A stretch of DNA of 64,000 bases from Octopus sinensis (Eukaryota). The notes beneath the pieces are model-generated. The model was not told where the DNA came from. It was given only the letters and a program-made list of their open reading frames with translations, and made no database searches. The translations under genes were made by a program, and so were the position numbers. This document shows positions 53,611-64,000 of this stretch, one piece after another; the stretch's first letter is position 1, and each line of letters begins with the position of its first letter. The DNA lies in the NCBI RefSeq assembly GCF_006345805.1, contig NW_021833285.1, positions 1 to 64,000 of the forward strand, read 5' to 3'.

Positions 53611-53899
53611 AGCACCACCAGTATCATCTGACTATCAACGTCTAAAGCACCCTCGTGTATTACCTGGCAATAGTGTGTCTAGTGTGTCATGAACGGAAGT
53701 ACACAATCTCTCCTGACGCCATGTTTCAGAACGGAAAGTAATGAAATGTCACGTTTGATTTCTGAAATACCATCATGCAACCAGTTGGTGGAGATTTCTT
53801 CTTAAAGTGCTTAAATGCAAATACAATTGGTTTCCTTGTCTCATTTTCATTTTATTCCATTACCAAAGAAGCAGATTCTCATCAACATCATCATCATCA

Positions 53900-53952
<53 letters not shown>
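53267..53952. repeat. 343-bp direct tandem duplication bounded by (TAC)n
   Basis: Two apparently identical units; ORFs 53432 and 53775 start 343 bp apart. Confidence 0.92.
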
Positions 53953-53974
<22 letters not shown>

Positions 53975-54014
53975 TAATAATAACAACAACAACAACAACA
54001 ACAATAATAATAAT

Positions 54015-54160
54015 AATGGTTTCAAATTTTTGTCACGGGGACAACCATTTTGGTGGGGGGAAGGGCATAATTCGATTATATCGACCCCAGTATTCATCTG
54101 GTACTAATTTTATCGGCCCCCGAAAAGATGAAAGGCAAAGTCGACCTCTGCGGAATTTAA
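54015..54160 (-). mobile_element. SINE family 2 3' part
   Basis: ggtttcaaattt...atcgaccccagt...gatgaaaggcaaagtcgacctc. Confidence 0.75.
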
Positions 54161-54231
54161 TAGTAATAATGATGATAATAATAGCCATATGTGTAATGAT
54201 AATAATGATGATGGCAGTAGTAGTAGTAGTA

Positions 54232-54270
<39 letters not shown>

Positions 54271-54501
54271 GGATGATGGCGATGATGATGATGATGATGA
54301 TGTTCATTGATCTGAAGCATAAGGAACCTAACGTGTTTATTCATTTTATCTTGTTTTCTTATATTACTATAATTGTCGTTTGATTGGTTATTTACTTCAC
54401 AATCAAACGGAAGCTATAACCATCACTACCACCACCATTATCATCTCTACACCACCATCACCACCATTTTTTATTTTTTGTGCAAGAAATGATGAAAGAT
54501 A

Positions 54502-55411
54502 TTAGGTCATCCTATAAATAATGCGTTTTTTTTTACTTGCATGAACTGGAAGTCGGAGGGGGCGGGGTAAACTTCCTGCATCAACTTGCTATAAAAGGAG
54601 GTTGTAATTTTACCTTGTTATTATTCTTAGTGCAAGTTTTCAAGATTTAACAGTTATTTTTTCAAAGCGATAATGGAAATGACAAATGAGCATATTCGGC
54701 ATATTTTGCTTTATGAGTTCAATAAAGGCAACAATGCAATGGAAAGTGCGAGGAATATCAATGTAGTATATGGGGATCGGACAATAAGCATAAGCCTGTA
54801 CCAATGGTGGTTCCGGAAATTCCGAGTCGGAAACTACAGCCAAGAAGACGAGTCACGTCCTGGAAGATCTGCAGAGCTCGATGGTAACGTCCTGCAAACC
54901 CTGGTGGAACAAAATTCTATCGTAACTGTTGAGAAACTAGCAGAGAATCTTGGATTTGGTCATTCAACCATTCATCGGCACTTGCGCCAGAAGAAAAATG
55001 ACCATCTTTGGTTTGAAGACGAAACCAAAGATGGTGAGGATAATGCTCGGCCACATACTGCGAAGATGACATTCGAAAGGCTGGAACAGTTTCAAAGGGA
55101 AACGATGCCCCACCCACCATATTCGCCAGACATTGCCCCATCTGATTATCATTTATTCCGCAGTCTTCAAAATCATTTGGACGGAAAAAATATGAATTCT
55201 GTAGACAAGGTCAGAGTAGTACTGGAGGAGTATTTTTCATCACGGACAAGTGAATTTTGGAAGAGGGGCCTTGCAAGTCTACCAGATAGATGGAAGAGCA
55301 TCTTCTTAGTAAATGAAGGAGAGTATATTTTAAATTAAAAACGAACTTTATCTTAATTTTGAAAAATAAAAGAAGTATAAAAAAAAACGCATTATTTATG
55401 GGATGACCCAA
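54502..55411 (+). mobile_element. Mariner (DD34D) element, 910 bp, internally deleted; same family as 18640-19841
   Basis: ta|ttaggtcatcctataaataatgcg ... cgcattatttatgggatgacccaa|ta. Confidence 0.95.
54673..55338 (+). CDS. Truncated mariner transposase ORF (221 aa): HTH domain joined to the D34D half
   Basis: HIRHILLYEF..WFRKFR..RPGR..STIHRHL, then DNARPHTA and HPPYSPDIAPSD (34 residues between the two D); WVPHEL and the first D are missing. Confidence 0.6.
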   Translation: MEMTNEHIRHILLYEFNKGNNAMESARNINVVYGDRTISISLYQWWFRKFRVGNYSQEDESRPGRSAELDGNVLQTLVEQNSIVTVEKLAENLGFGHSTIHRHLRQKKNDHLWFEDETKDGEDNARPHTAKMTFERLEQFQRETMPHPPYSPDIAPSDYHLFRSLQNHLDGKNMNSVDKVRVVLEEYFSSRTSEFWKRGLASLPDRWKSIFLVNEGEYILN

Positions 55412-57934
55412 TAAAACACATATACATGTGTGCGTGTGTACGCACTCGTGTGTATACAAACACATATACATACATACTTAAATACATATACACTCACACG
55501 AATACATGATGATGACGACGACGACGACGACGATAATGATGAAGCTTTTATTGAGGCACCGCGCAGAGTAACAATCGTCTAAAGTTTGTCTAGGTTCTGA
55601 TACCAGTGATACACTACGAACCAGATACACCATGAACGATGTCTTCTCTTATGACCTTCCGTAACTTGAAATCCATTACATGAAGACACCTAGACTTAAA
55701 ACCGAAATTTGAGGAATTAAACATCTGCGAAGACATTGGAAAAACTGCGACTGCAAGCCTGCTCTTGGAGCTCGTTGTCTCGTGCCCCACCTTTGTAAAA
55801 GCGAGGATATTGAAATTTTATTTTATTTTAAATTCAAAATGGATAAATGTACTGAGTGGAATGAATCAAAAGTAATGTTTTCATCGAAAACTTTTCCCGA
55901 GAAGTCTATTTCAATTTAATTTTCAATAAACTTAAAGAATGGAGTTGTTCCCCTTGTTCCGCTTGACAAGAACTGCTATCAACGTTCATGACTTTCATTT
56001 CCTTTGTGTGTATAATTTCAATTGATTAGCAATTACTTTTGGTTCACTACATTGAATATGTTAGCTCGCAGTTGATCACGTGTTCTCCATGCAGAAATAA
56101 AAGAGAGAGAATTAGACACAAGAGATGTAAGATGGTGCGGCGGTTTTGTTTTGTTTTCCGTATCATGATAAGTGCGGAACAATTCTGATCCCGAAACGAT
56201 TCCAAACGCAGGGAAGACTACCTTCGATAGACTAGTGCCATACAGAATAGAAGGCTTCTTCATCACCTGCTTAACAGAACGGAAGTGATACCACTCGCCA
56301 GTCCAGTCGACTGTGCAACAGGGATCTGTGAAAGAAAATGTTATTCCTCTATTGTAAATCTAAATAAATTATGATGTATGTTCATTTAATAATTTACTTT
56401 CAAGTAGCAATTCCAAAGCCAGAAAATTAGGAGAATCGGATGAAAAGATATGTCTGAGCTTATTCCGGTTGCTTCTGTTCTGAGTTCGTCTTAGACATCA
56501 ACTTTGATTTTCATCTTTTCGAGATGCACTGAATGGTGGCGTTTGGATGAGCAGAATTGTGATGATCCTTGCGCTATCTATTCTGATTCGGTAGGTTCTC
56601 GGTTCAAATCTTGCCCTCTGTGTCGAGGTAATAAAAAAAGAGTGATGACAAATCTCTCAGGAGTTGGGTCTGACGAATAACATAAGTAAAGGCGTTGTGT
56701 GGGCGGGGTGGTGGGGAGCAGTTTCTCTAATTCTTGTTCTCGTCATTAAGCTGTATTTTCAAATTAAAATCCCGTGGTTTGCTTTTACACAAACTATCTT
56801 TCCGCACAATCTGATGTTTATGCTTTACAGCAGCGGCGGCGTTCATTGGTCAATTTCTTATTCTCTTAGTTTGGTGTCTCGGTGTTTTACGAGCACCCGA
56901 TGAATATTTTCTGTTTGGCGGACATCAGCAAATGACTTGCTTGCCGATTCCTATAAACAAAAGCTCGTAATCTTGTCAGGTTCGTCGGACTGGAGGGGTA
57001 GCTTTGACTAAGGAGATACACAAGGAGGGCAAAACACCGCGGTGACTCAAAGACTTCTTAAACTGGTGAACCGGGGAATCACGTGTGTCAAAAACATTCA
57101 TCGTCAAAAGTAGCGGGTGAGGTTCTCCGATGATGAAAAAACACAGCAACCAGCATATTCATGTTCGTGTCTACCAGAACCTATGAAGAAGGGACCGAAT
57201 TATCGTTGTTTGGATTATCCCTTTTCTGCACTCCATGAATTTATTACCTTTTGTCTTTATTTATATTTTTAGCTTATTTATGTTGCTTGGGGAAGGTGAT
57301 ATTATTCATTTGTTTCATGTTTATCAGAGACAAACTTGCATTTATGAGTGTCCAATATTTTTTTAAGTGAATTATGTCAGGTAAGAATTTTGACGTCAGC
57401 AAATGGCCTTTACGTCATCGTTTGTTCTTGATTGCAGTTGCTTGTTTTTGGTTGTTGTTTTCCAACCAAACTATACTTTCCGCTTTTCCATCATCATCAT
57501 CATCATCACGACCACCACCACCACCATCGATATCATCATCGTCATCGTCATCATCATTATCATTGTCATCACCACCACCACCACCACCATTATCACCCCG
57601 CCACCCCAACCATCAATATCGTCATCATCATCGTTGTCGTTGTCGTTGTCGTCGTCGCCATCAGCATCACAGCGATGTTTTACAACCACTAACCATCGGA
57701 GCAGACCATCATAACAAGCGGAGATACTCGTTAGATCAAAAGTGTATGCGCTTTGAATGAAACGGAAGTTAATGGTGAATGAAACGGAAGTACTTATTTC
57801 ACGCAACCGGAAACATCACAAAACATAACAAAGTGTTGGTCCATATTGATGGTATTTCCATTGTTTTTTTTCTGTAGTTTCATATGTACACACACACACA
57901 CACACACATACATGCACATACACACACACGCACG

Positions 57935-57968
<34 letters not shown>

Positions 57969-58236
57969 GCACACGAGCACGCTAGTGCAGTCGCACACAT
58001 ACACACACACACACACACATACAAATGTATGGTTACATTTATACATGAACATTTACTTCTATACATATATCTACATACATGTATGTGCGTAATACACACA
58101 TACCGTTGTATGTTGGGAGGGCTATTTTTCGCAAATATTAAACACATGCACTAGTTCTATTATTATTATTATTGTTGTTGTTGTTGTTGTTGTTGTTGTC
58201 ATTGTTGTTGTTGTTGTTATCATTATTACTATTATT

Positions 58237-58450
58237 AAGGCACGAGCTGGCAGAATCGTTAGCACACCGGGGGAAATGCTTCGTGACATTTCTTCTGTCT
58301 TCACGTCCTCGGTTCAAATTCCACCGAAGTCGACTTTGCCTTTCATCCTTTAAGCATCGATAAAATAAACACCAGTTGAGTGCTGGGATCGATGTAATCA
58401 ACTTACCCTTCTCTCGAACTTGCTGGCCTTGTACCGAAATTTGAAACCAT
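58237..58450 (+). mobile_element. SINE family 2, well-preserved copy
   Basis: ggcacgagctggcagaatcgttagc (A box) ... ggttcaaattcc (B box) ... ggccttgtaccgaaatttgaaacc. Confidence 0.85.
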
Positions 58451-59428
58451 AGCCTTGTGGTTAGGGTGTTGCACTGACGACCGCCAGCTCTTGGTTTCAA
58501 TTCATGCTTTACTTCACATTGTTTCAACCGAAAATGAATATCAACCGAGTGCTAGTGCAGCCCTCCTCCCTTTCCAGCTGTCATTTTGTTGGGTCAAGAG
58601 GCTGCTTGTGTTTACTTTCAAACAATTAAAGAAAGTAGGGTTACCAAGCCATAATCGCTTACCAGTGCCAGCCATGTATTTTCACATTTTTATTCTTTTT
58701 TTTTTTTTATTACATAGCTTAACTGTTGAACGGCAGGGCCTCTGAGCCGAACTGGAGGAAGGAAAAGAAGAAAGAAAAGGAGTCATCTGAAGATCTGAGT
58801 CGCAACCCAATTGCTTGCAACGGTGATGACTCCAGCCCTTGAATGCTTTCACATCACCTCGTGCCTTAAGATTCCAATCAGACATTAACGGTTGCTGTCA
58901 TTAATCTTACGTTGATGTGATTGTTGCTTGTTTCGTATTTGTTTTTCTTTCTTCCTTGTAGTTTGGTACCTGGTTAGCTCTTATTGAGGAGAGCAAAGGA
59001 AAGGACGTTCTGGCTAAACAAAGGAAAGCTGTTTCATTAGGACTACACTGACCAATATATCTCCGCGCAGCCTATTACGTTCTTCCTTATACGACAGCCA
59101 TTTCGGTCGATAATCTATCTGTACCGGACTAACAGCCGGAATGTTGAAAGACAATCAAGCAGATAAGATAAGCAGATTGAAATGGAAAAGACTGTAACAC
59201 GAGCAATTTCGACGCAGATGTCATTGAAATAATTGCAGGCGATAAAGAGACGACACAGTTTGATGGCGGCAGGCGAGAGATTAAATGATTCTGCAAAATT
59301 AAATAGCTTTTAGTTTCATTTTGTTTTTCTTTCCTTTGTTTTTATTCGATAGATGATGGGGGGAAATGATGAAAAAAGCTGAATGATCTCCTTTAGACAT
59401 ATTTTATGTACTATACAAACAGGAATTG

Positions 59429-59473
<45 letters not shown>

Positions 59474-59487
59474 TATAATAATAATAA

Positions 59488-60790
59488 GGTGGAAGGTGAC
59501 AGAGGCCTTATAAAGCTGGAAAACTATAAAATAACCACCATAGGACTACAAAAATACCTACTTCAGAAGCAAGGAAAACTGAGACAAGTAGCGGCAAAAT
59601 ACGAGCAAAACAAAAATTGTTCTCAGTATTTAAGGAAGCTGACAAATACAAACAAGAAATCATACCACCTAACAAATATGAAGAAGAAGAAGAAGAAGAA
59701 AAGAAGAAGAAGAGAAGAAGAAGAAGAAGAAGAAAAGAAGAAGAAGAAGAAGAAGAGAAGAAGAAGAAAGAAGAAGAAGAAGAAAGAAGAAAAGAAGAAG
59801 AAGAAGAAAAGAAGAAGAAGAAGAAGAAGAAGAAGAAGAAGAAGAAGAAGAAGAAAACACAACAAAAGCTATAAAGCAAATGAAATCAAAACTAAAACTA
59901 GAACAGCAACGGACCATGATAAAACGATGGCAAGAAAAGCCCCTTCATGGCAAGTACTGGACTAAACTAAATGCAAAAGAAATAGACAAAGAAAAATCCC
60001 AGCAGTGGTTGAGAAGCTCAGAACTCAAAGCAGAGACAGGGGGATTTTTAATTGCAGCACAAGACCAAAGCCTCCCCACCAGGAATTGCCAAAAACATGT
60101 AATGAAAAGAAATATAACAAGTAACTGCAGAATATGTGGAGATGGACAAGAAACAATAAATCATATTATCTCTGGCTGCTCAGTCCTGGCTAAGAAGGAA
60201 TATATTCACAGACATGACAGAGTTGGGACCTACATACACTGGAAGCTATGCCAACATTATGGAATAACAACAGAAAAAAGATGGTATAGGCACACACCAG
60301 AAAGGGTCGCAGAAAACGAGAAAGCAACCATACTCTGGGATATGCCAATACACACAGATAGAGAAATTAAGGCCAACAGACCAGATATAGTTGTCAGAGA
60401 TCATGAAGAAAAAAATGCTTTCTAATTGATGTATCAATACCAGCGGATGACAACGTGCCTCTAAAAGAAATGGAGAAACTTTCAAAATACAAAGACCTGG
60501 AAATAGAGGTAACCAGAATGTGGAATCTAAAAACAGAAGCAATTCCTATCATAGTAGGTGCATTAGGCATGATAAAAAAATATTCAGACAAATACATAAC
60601 AAAAACACCAGGACTTACAAACACATATAACACACAGAAAATTGTATTACTAGGCACTGCACACATTCTATGCAGAACACTTTCCATACAATAACCATCA
60701 GAGCATCACAACAAATCACATCACATACCCAAGGCACACAGAACTGCGCTCGGTAGTGAAGTGAAAGCACGCTATAAAAATAAAACTACA

Positions 60791-60792
<2 letters not shown>
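59488..60792 (+). mobile_element. R4/Dong family A 3' fragment with expanded internal (GAA)n
   Basis: RGLIKLENY, PLHGKYW, KAETGGFLIAAQDQ, CRICGDGQETINHIISGC, RHD, ANRPDIVVRD, GTAHIL; (TAA)n on both sides. Confidence 0.95.
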
Positions 60793-60877
<85 letters not shown>

Positions 60878-60878
<1 letters not shown>

Positions 60879-61339
60879 GATGGGCTACAGCAAATATTCT
60901 GCTCAATACCACAGATTTGCTTGTCAGTTGTTTGGCCTTAACCAGTTGAGCATGTCCCTTAGTGGCTGACGATATGTGCATCTCTGATCACGAGCAGAAG
61001 TAGTGGGGGAGCATCATGGCCATGTGTTGAGAGGGATTCTTTGGGGTTTGAATAATTCACCTCTGGAGACATGGGTGGTTTTTTCAACATCCTTAAACAA
61101 CCCTTATTCAGGGACCGTTTGAGCGGGATGGGCTACTCAACCTGAAGAAAATTCTAACTGGGACCCACCTGCAAGGTCATGTGCAGTTTATCTTGATATG
61201 AGATCACCATGTCGCGCACATATGGTTGTGATGCATGTGCCTGGTGTGCCCTTATCAGACGGGTAGTCATGATGGGTATATTGGGCTTCGTATATTTTAC
61301 CCCAGTGTCACTTTGATGGCATGAACTGCTCTCTCACTC

Positions 61340-61340
<1 letters not shown>
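60878..61340 (+). mobile_element. ~460-bp non-coding insert in (TAA)n, probably a non-autonomous TAA-targeting retroposon or LINE 3' end
   Basis: Complex, GC-richer sequence flanked on both sides by pure (TAA)n; no ORF; orientation inferred from the TAA strand. Confidence 0.5.
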
Positions 61341-61383
<43 letters not shown>

Positions 61384-61387
<4 letters not shown>

Positions 61388-62092
61388 CTGACTTTTCTTT
61401 GCTTCCTCCCAGAATATTCAAATATAAATGTAAACATATACTTTTTATTGCAAAAACACACCTGTTCTTCTAACTGGACATACAAACATCTCTAGAGGGG
61501 TCAACTTCAACCTCCACAATATTACCTTGCACGAAATATACAAACACTTTTTATTGCAATAACACAAACGCACATGGAAAAAATGATGATGCTAAGATTA
61601 TCTCTGGTCGAACACAACTTCTCTATTCACAAATAATACAGAACAGCCCTTCAAAATAAGTTAAGAAAATTTACAAATTTACATATCTACAGTTTTCAAT
61701 CATACATTCGACCAGCTTTAAAAACCCACAATTGCCTCTGTAAACATCCTTTTTTTTCTTCTCTCTAAAAACATCACGCTTTTCTTTTTGTGGACTTACA
61801 AAACCCTAAAACTTTCTATGAAAATCTGACTTTTCTTTGCTTCCTCCCAGAATATTCAAATATAAATGAAAACATATACTTTTTATTGCAAAAACATACC
61901 TGTTCTTCTAACTGGACATACAAACATCTCTAGAAAAGTCAACTTCAACCTCCACAATATTACTTTACACGAAATATACAAACACTTTTTATTGCAATAA
62001 CACAAACGCACATGGAAAAAAAAAATGATGATGCTAAGATTCTCTCTGGTCGAACACAACTTCTCTATTCACAAACAATACAGAACAGCCCT
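61384..62092. repeat. ~270-bp-homology direct duplication (period ~440 bp)
   Basis: aatctgacttttctttgcttcctccc...cagaacagccctt at ~61386 and ~61824, with a few substitutions. Confidence 0.9.
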
Positions 62093-62231
62093 TCCTTAAT
62101 TTTTCTTAAGGCTAATAGTAGTAAACATCTGAACTTTTTTTGACCCCACCTAAAAAAAAAAAAAAAAAAAGTATCACTGGTGGTGATGGTAATGATGGTG
62201 ATGATGATAATAATGATAGTAATAGTGCTGA

Positions 62232-62830
62232 TAATCTATCTATCTATCTACACACACACACACACTCAAAGAGTTCAACCAACACAAACCTCACCTCTAT
62301 TGTTAACCAAATATGAAAGTATTATTTGACAGGCAAGAACTCTGGCGTTGAAGACAGTCAGCCAGCCAACCATCAAGCCAGCCAACGAGACAGACAGACA
62401 CTACTGTGATGGTGATAAGGATAAAAAAAACAAAAATAACAATAATAAGATACTGCTGTGACTACACATAAAACAATATCATTGATGATGATGGTGGTGA
62501 TGGTGATGGTGATGATGATAATGATGATGGTAATGGTGGTGATAATCTATCTATCTATCTACACACACACACACACTCAAGAGTTCAACCAACACAAACC
62601 TCACCTCTATTGTTAACCAAATATGAAAGTATTATTTGACAGGCAAGAACTCTGGCGTTGAAGACAGTCAGCCAGCCAACCATCAAGCCAGCCAACGAGA
62701 CAGACAGACACTACTGTGATGGTGATAAGGATAAAAAAAACAAAAATAACAATAATAAGATACTGCTGTGACTACACATAAAACAATATCATTGATGATG
62801 ATGGTGGTGATGGTGATGGTGATGATGATA
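62232..62830. repeat. 311-bp tandem duplication bounded by (GAT/GGT)n
   Basis: ctcaaagagttcaacc at 62265 and 62576. Confidence 0.9.
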
Positions 62831-62897
62831 ATGATGATGGTAATGGTGGTGATAATGATGATAGTGATAATAATGGTGATGATAATAACAATAATAA

Positions 62898-64000
62898 GCC
62901 AACTATGGCTGCTATAATGGTACGATTATAATTGTAACGGCAATGATGGCCGTCTCCCCACGAGCCAACCAAAGCTAAAAAATGATAACATTATCGTAGC
63001 ACCAAAATGTTTTTGGAAACTAAAAGGAAAACTAAATCAGTATACCAAATCGCTTGTCCTATGGTTAATCTGGAAGCGCGTCCCCGAGGGAAGAACCAGC
63101 CTGGGATCGAAAAGTCATCAACTGGCACAAACTCTTCTCCGAATACGGACATAGATGGTCACTTGAACGGGAAATCCCCCAACTCGAGCCCTCCAAGTTC
63201 ACCACCACAACCACCACAGAAAGAAAAATGTAAGCGGAACAAATGGACCCGAGAAGAGTATAAAGAAGTAATATACGCTTATTACTATGCATTAGGTAGG
63301 CCATCTCAAGAGAGACACACCGCAAACTCTTACAGTATATGGAGAACACGGAATCAAGACAGTAGGCCCTATTTGGACGAGAACAAATTAGCAATGTGAG
63401 GAGGGATATCCTTAGAAATAACAGACTCACAGACAGTGAAATAAGTGCGATCAAGCACGCAACGGAAAATGACATAAATATAAGACACAAAGGAAGTGAA
63501 GAATCAGATGAACAGTATAGCCCGCCACGAGGCTTAATTGAAAGATTGCCATCTGACCAAGTACGCAAAGGCCTGAAGATACAAGAAATTCTATTGTACC
63601 TGTTAAAGATAGCCAGGAAAACGAAAAAACAACAGTAACTGAAGATCTCGCATTTGCTGAAGAACACAGAGAGTCTATGGCAGAAATGAGGCAGAAAATC
63701 CTGAATACACTTGAAGTGTAAGACATACAAGTATGAATGATAGAGAACCACTTCATAAACTCTCAAATACAAACCAAAATAAAAAACAAATCCAAATTGG
63801 CAACTATGTAACAAATGAAATAATACGAGAATTAAAACCTGATTTTACTGAGTTAAATGAAATTATTTACGCTTCTGCTAGGGCCATTGAAACCAGCTGT
63901 ATGCCCCCGAAAAAACAAAGAAAACAAAACGGGAAGAAATCAAACCTGGAGAAGTAAAATTGAAAAAGAGATTGAATTTATGAGAGGGGAATATCAATAT
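62898..64000 (+). mobile_element. R4/Dong-clade element 5' end (5' UTR and N-terminal ORF), continuing beyond the window
   Basis: KWTREEYKEVIYAYYYAL..W..RPYLDENKLA../RRDILRNNRLT..EI and ELNEIIYASA resemble the R4/Dong N-terminal region; TAA-rich upstream flank; frameshifted. Confidence 0.8.

Noticed and set aside
63065-63814. 249-aa minus-strand ORF
   Set aside because: Antisense shadow of the Dong N-terminal ORF

Overview
AT-rich, microsatellite-dense eukaryotic DNA with no confidently identifiable host gene. The SINE families and repeat make-up resemble cephalopod (Octopus-like) genomes; this is an inference from recalled sequences. Nearly all long ORFs in the track are translations of simple repeats. 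Real coding remnants are all mobile elements: (i) seven R4/Dong-clade non-LTR retrotransposon pieces (RT, CCHC knuckle, restriction-like endonuclease) from at least four families, each oriented so its sense strand reads (TAA)n at the flanks, including a head-to-tail stack of four at 48-53 kb; (ii) two DD34D mariner copies and a Tc1/mariner relic; (iii) Penelope-like (PLE) GIY-YIG fragments and PLE-type ends carrying minimal hammerhead ribozyme folds, two with the same non-canonical core (CUGUYGA); (iv) Helitron ends, hAT/Tc2/mariner MITEs and a Mutator-like element containing a 31-bp satellite; (v) two very diverged piggyBac-like relics; (vi) many tRNA-derived SINEs. All family calls come from motif recognition by eye, not database searches.
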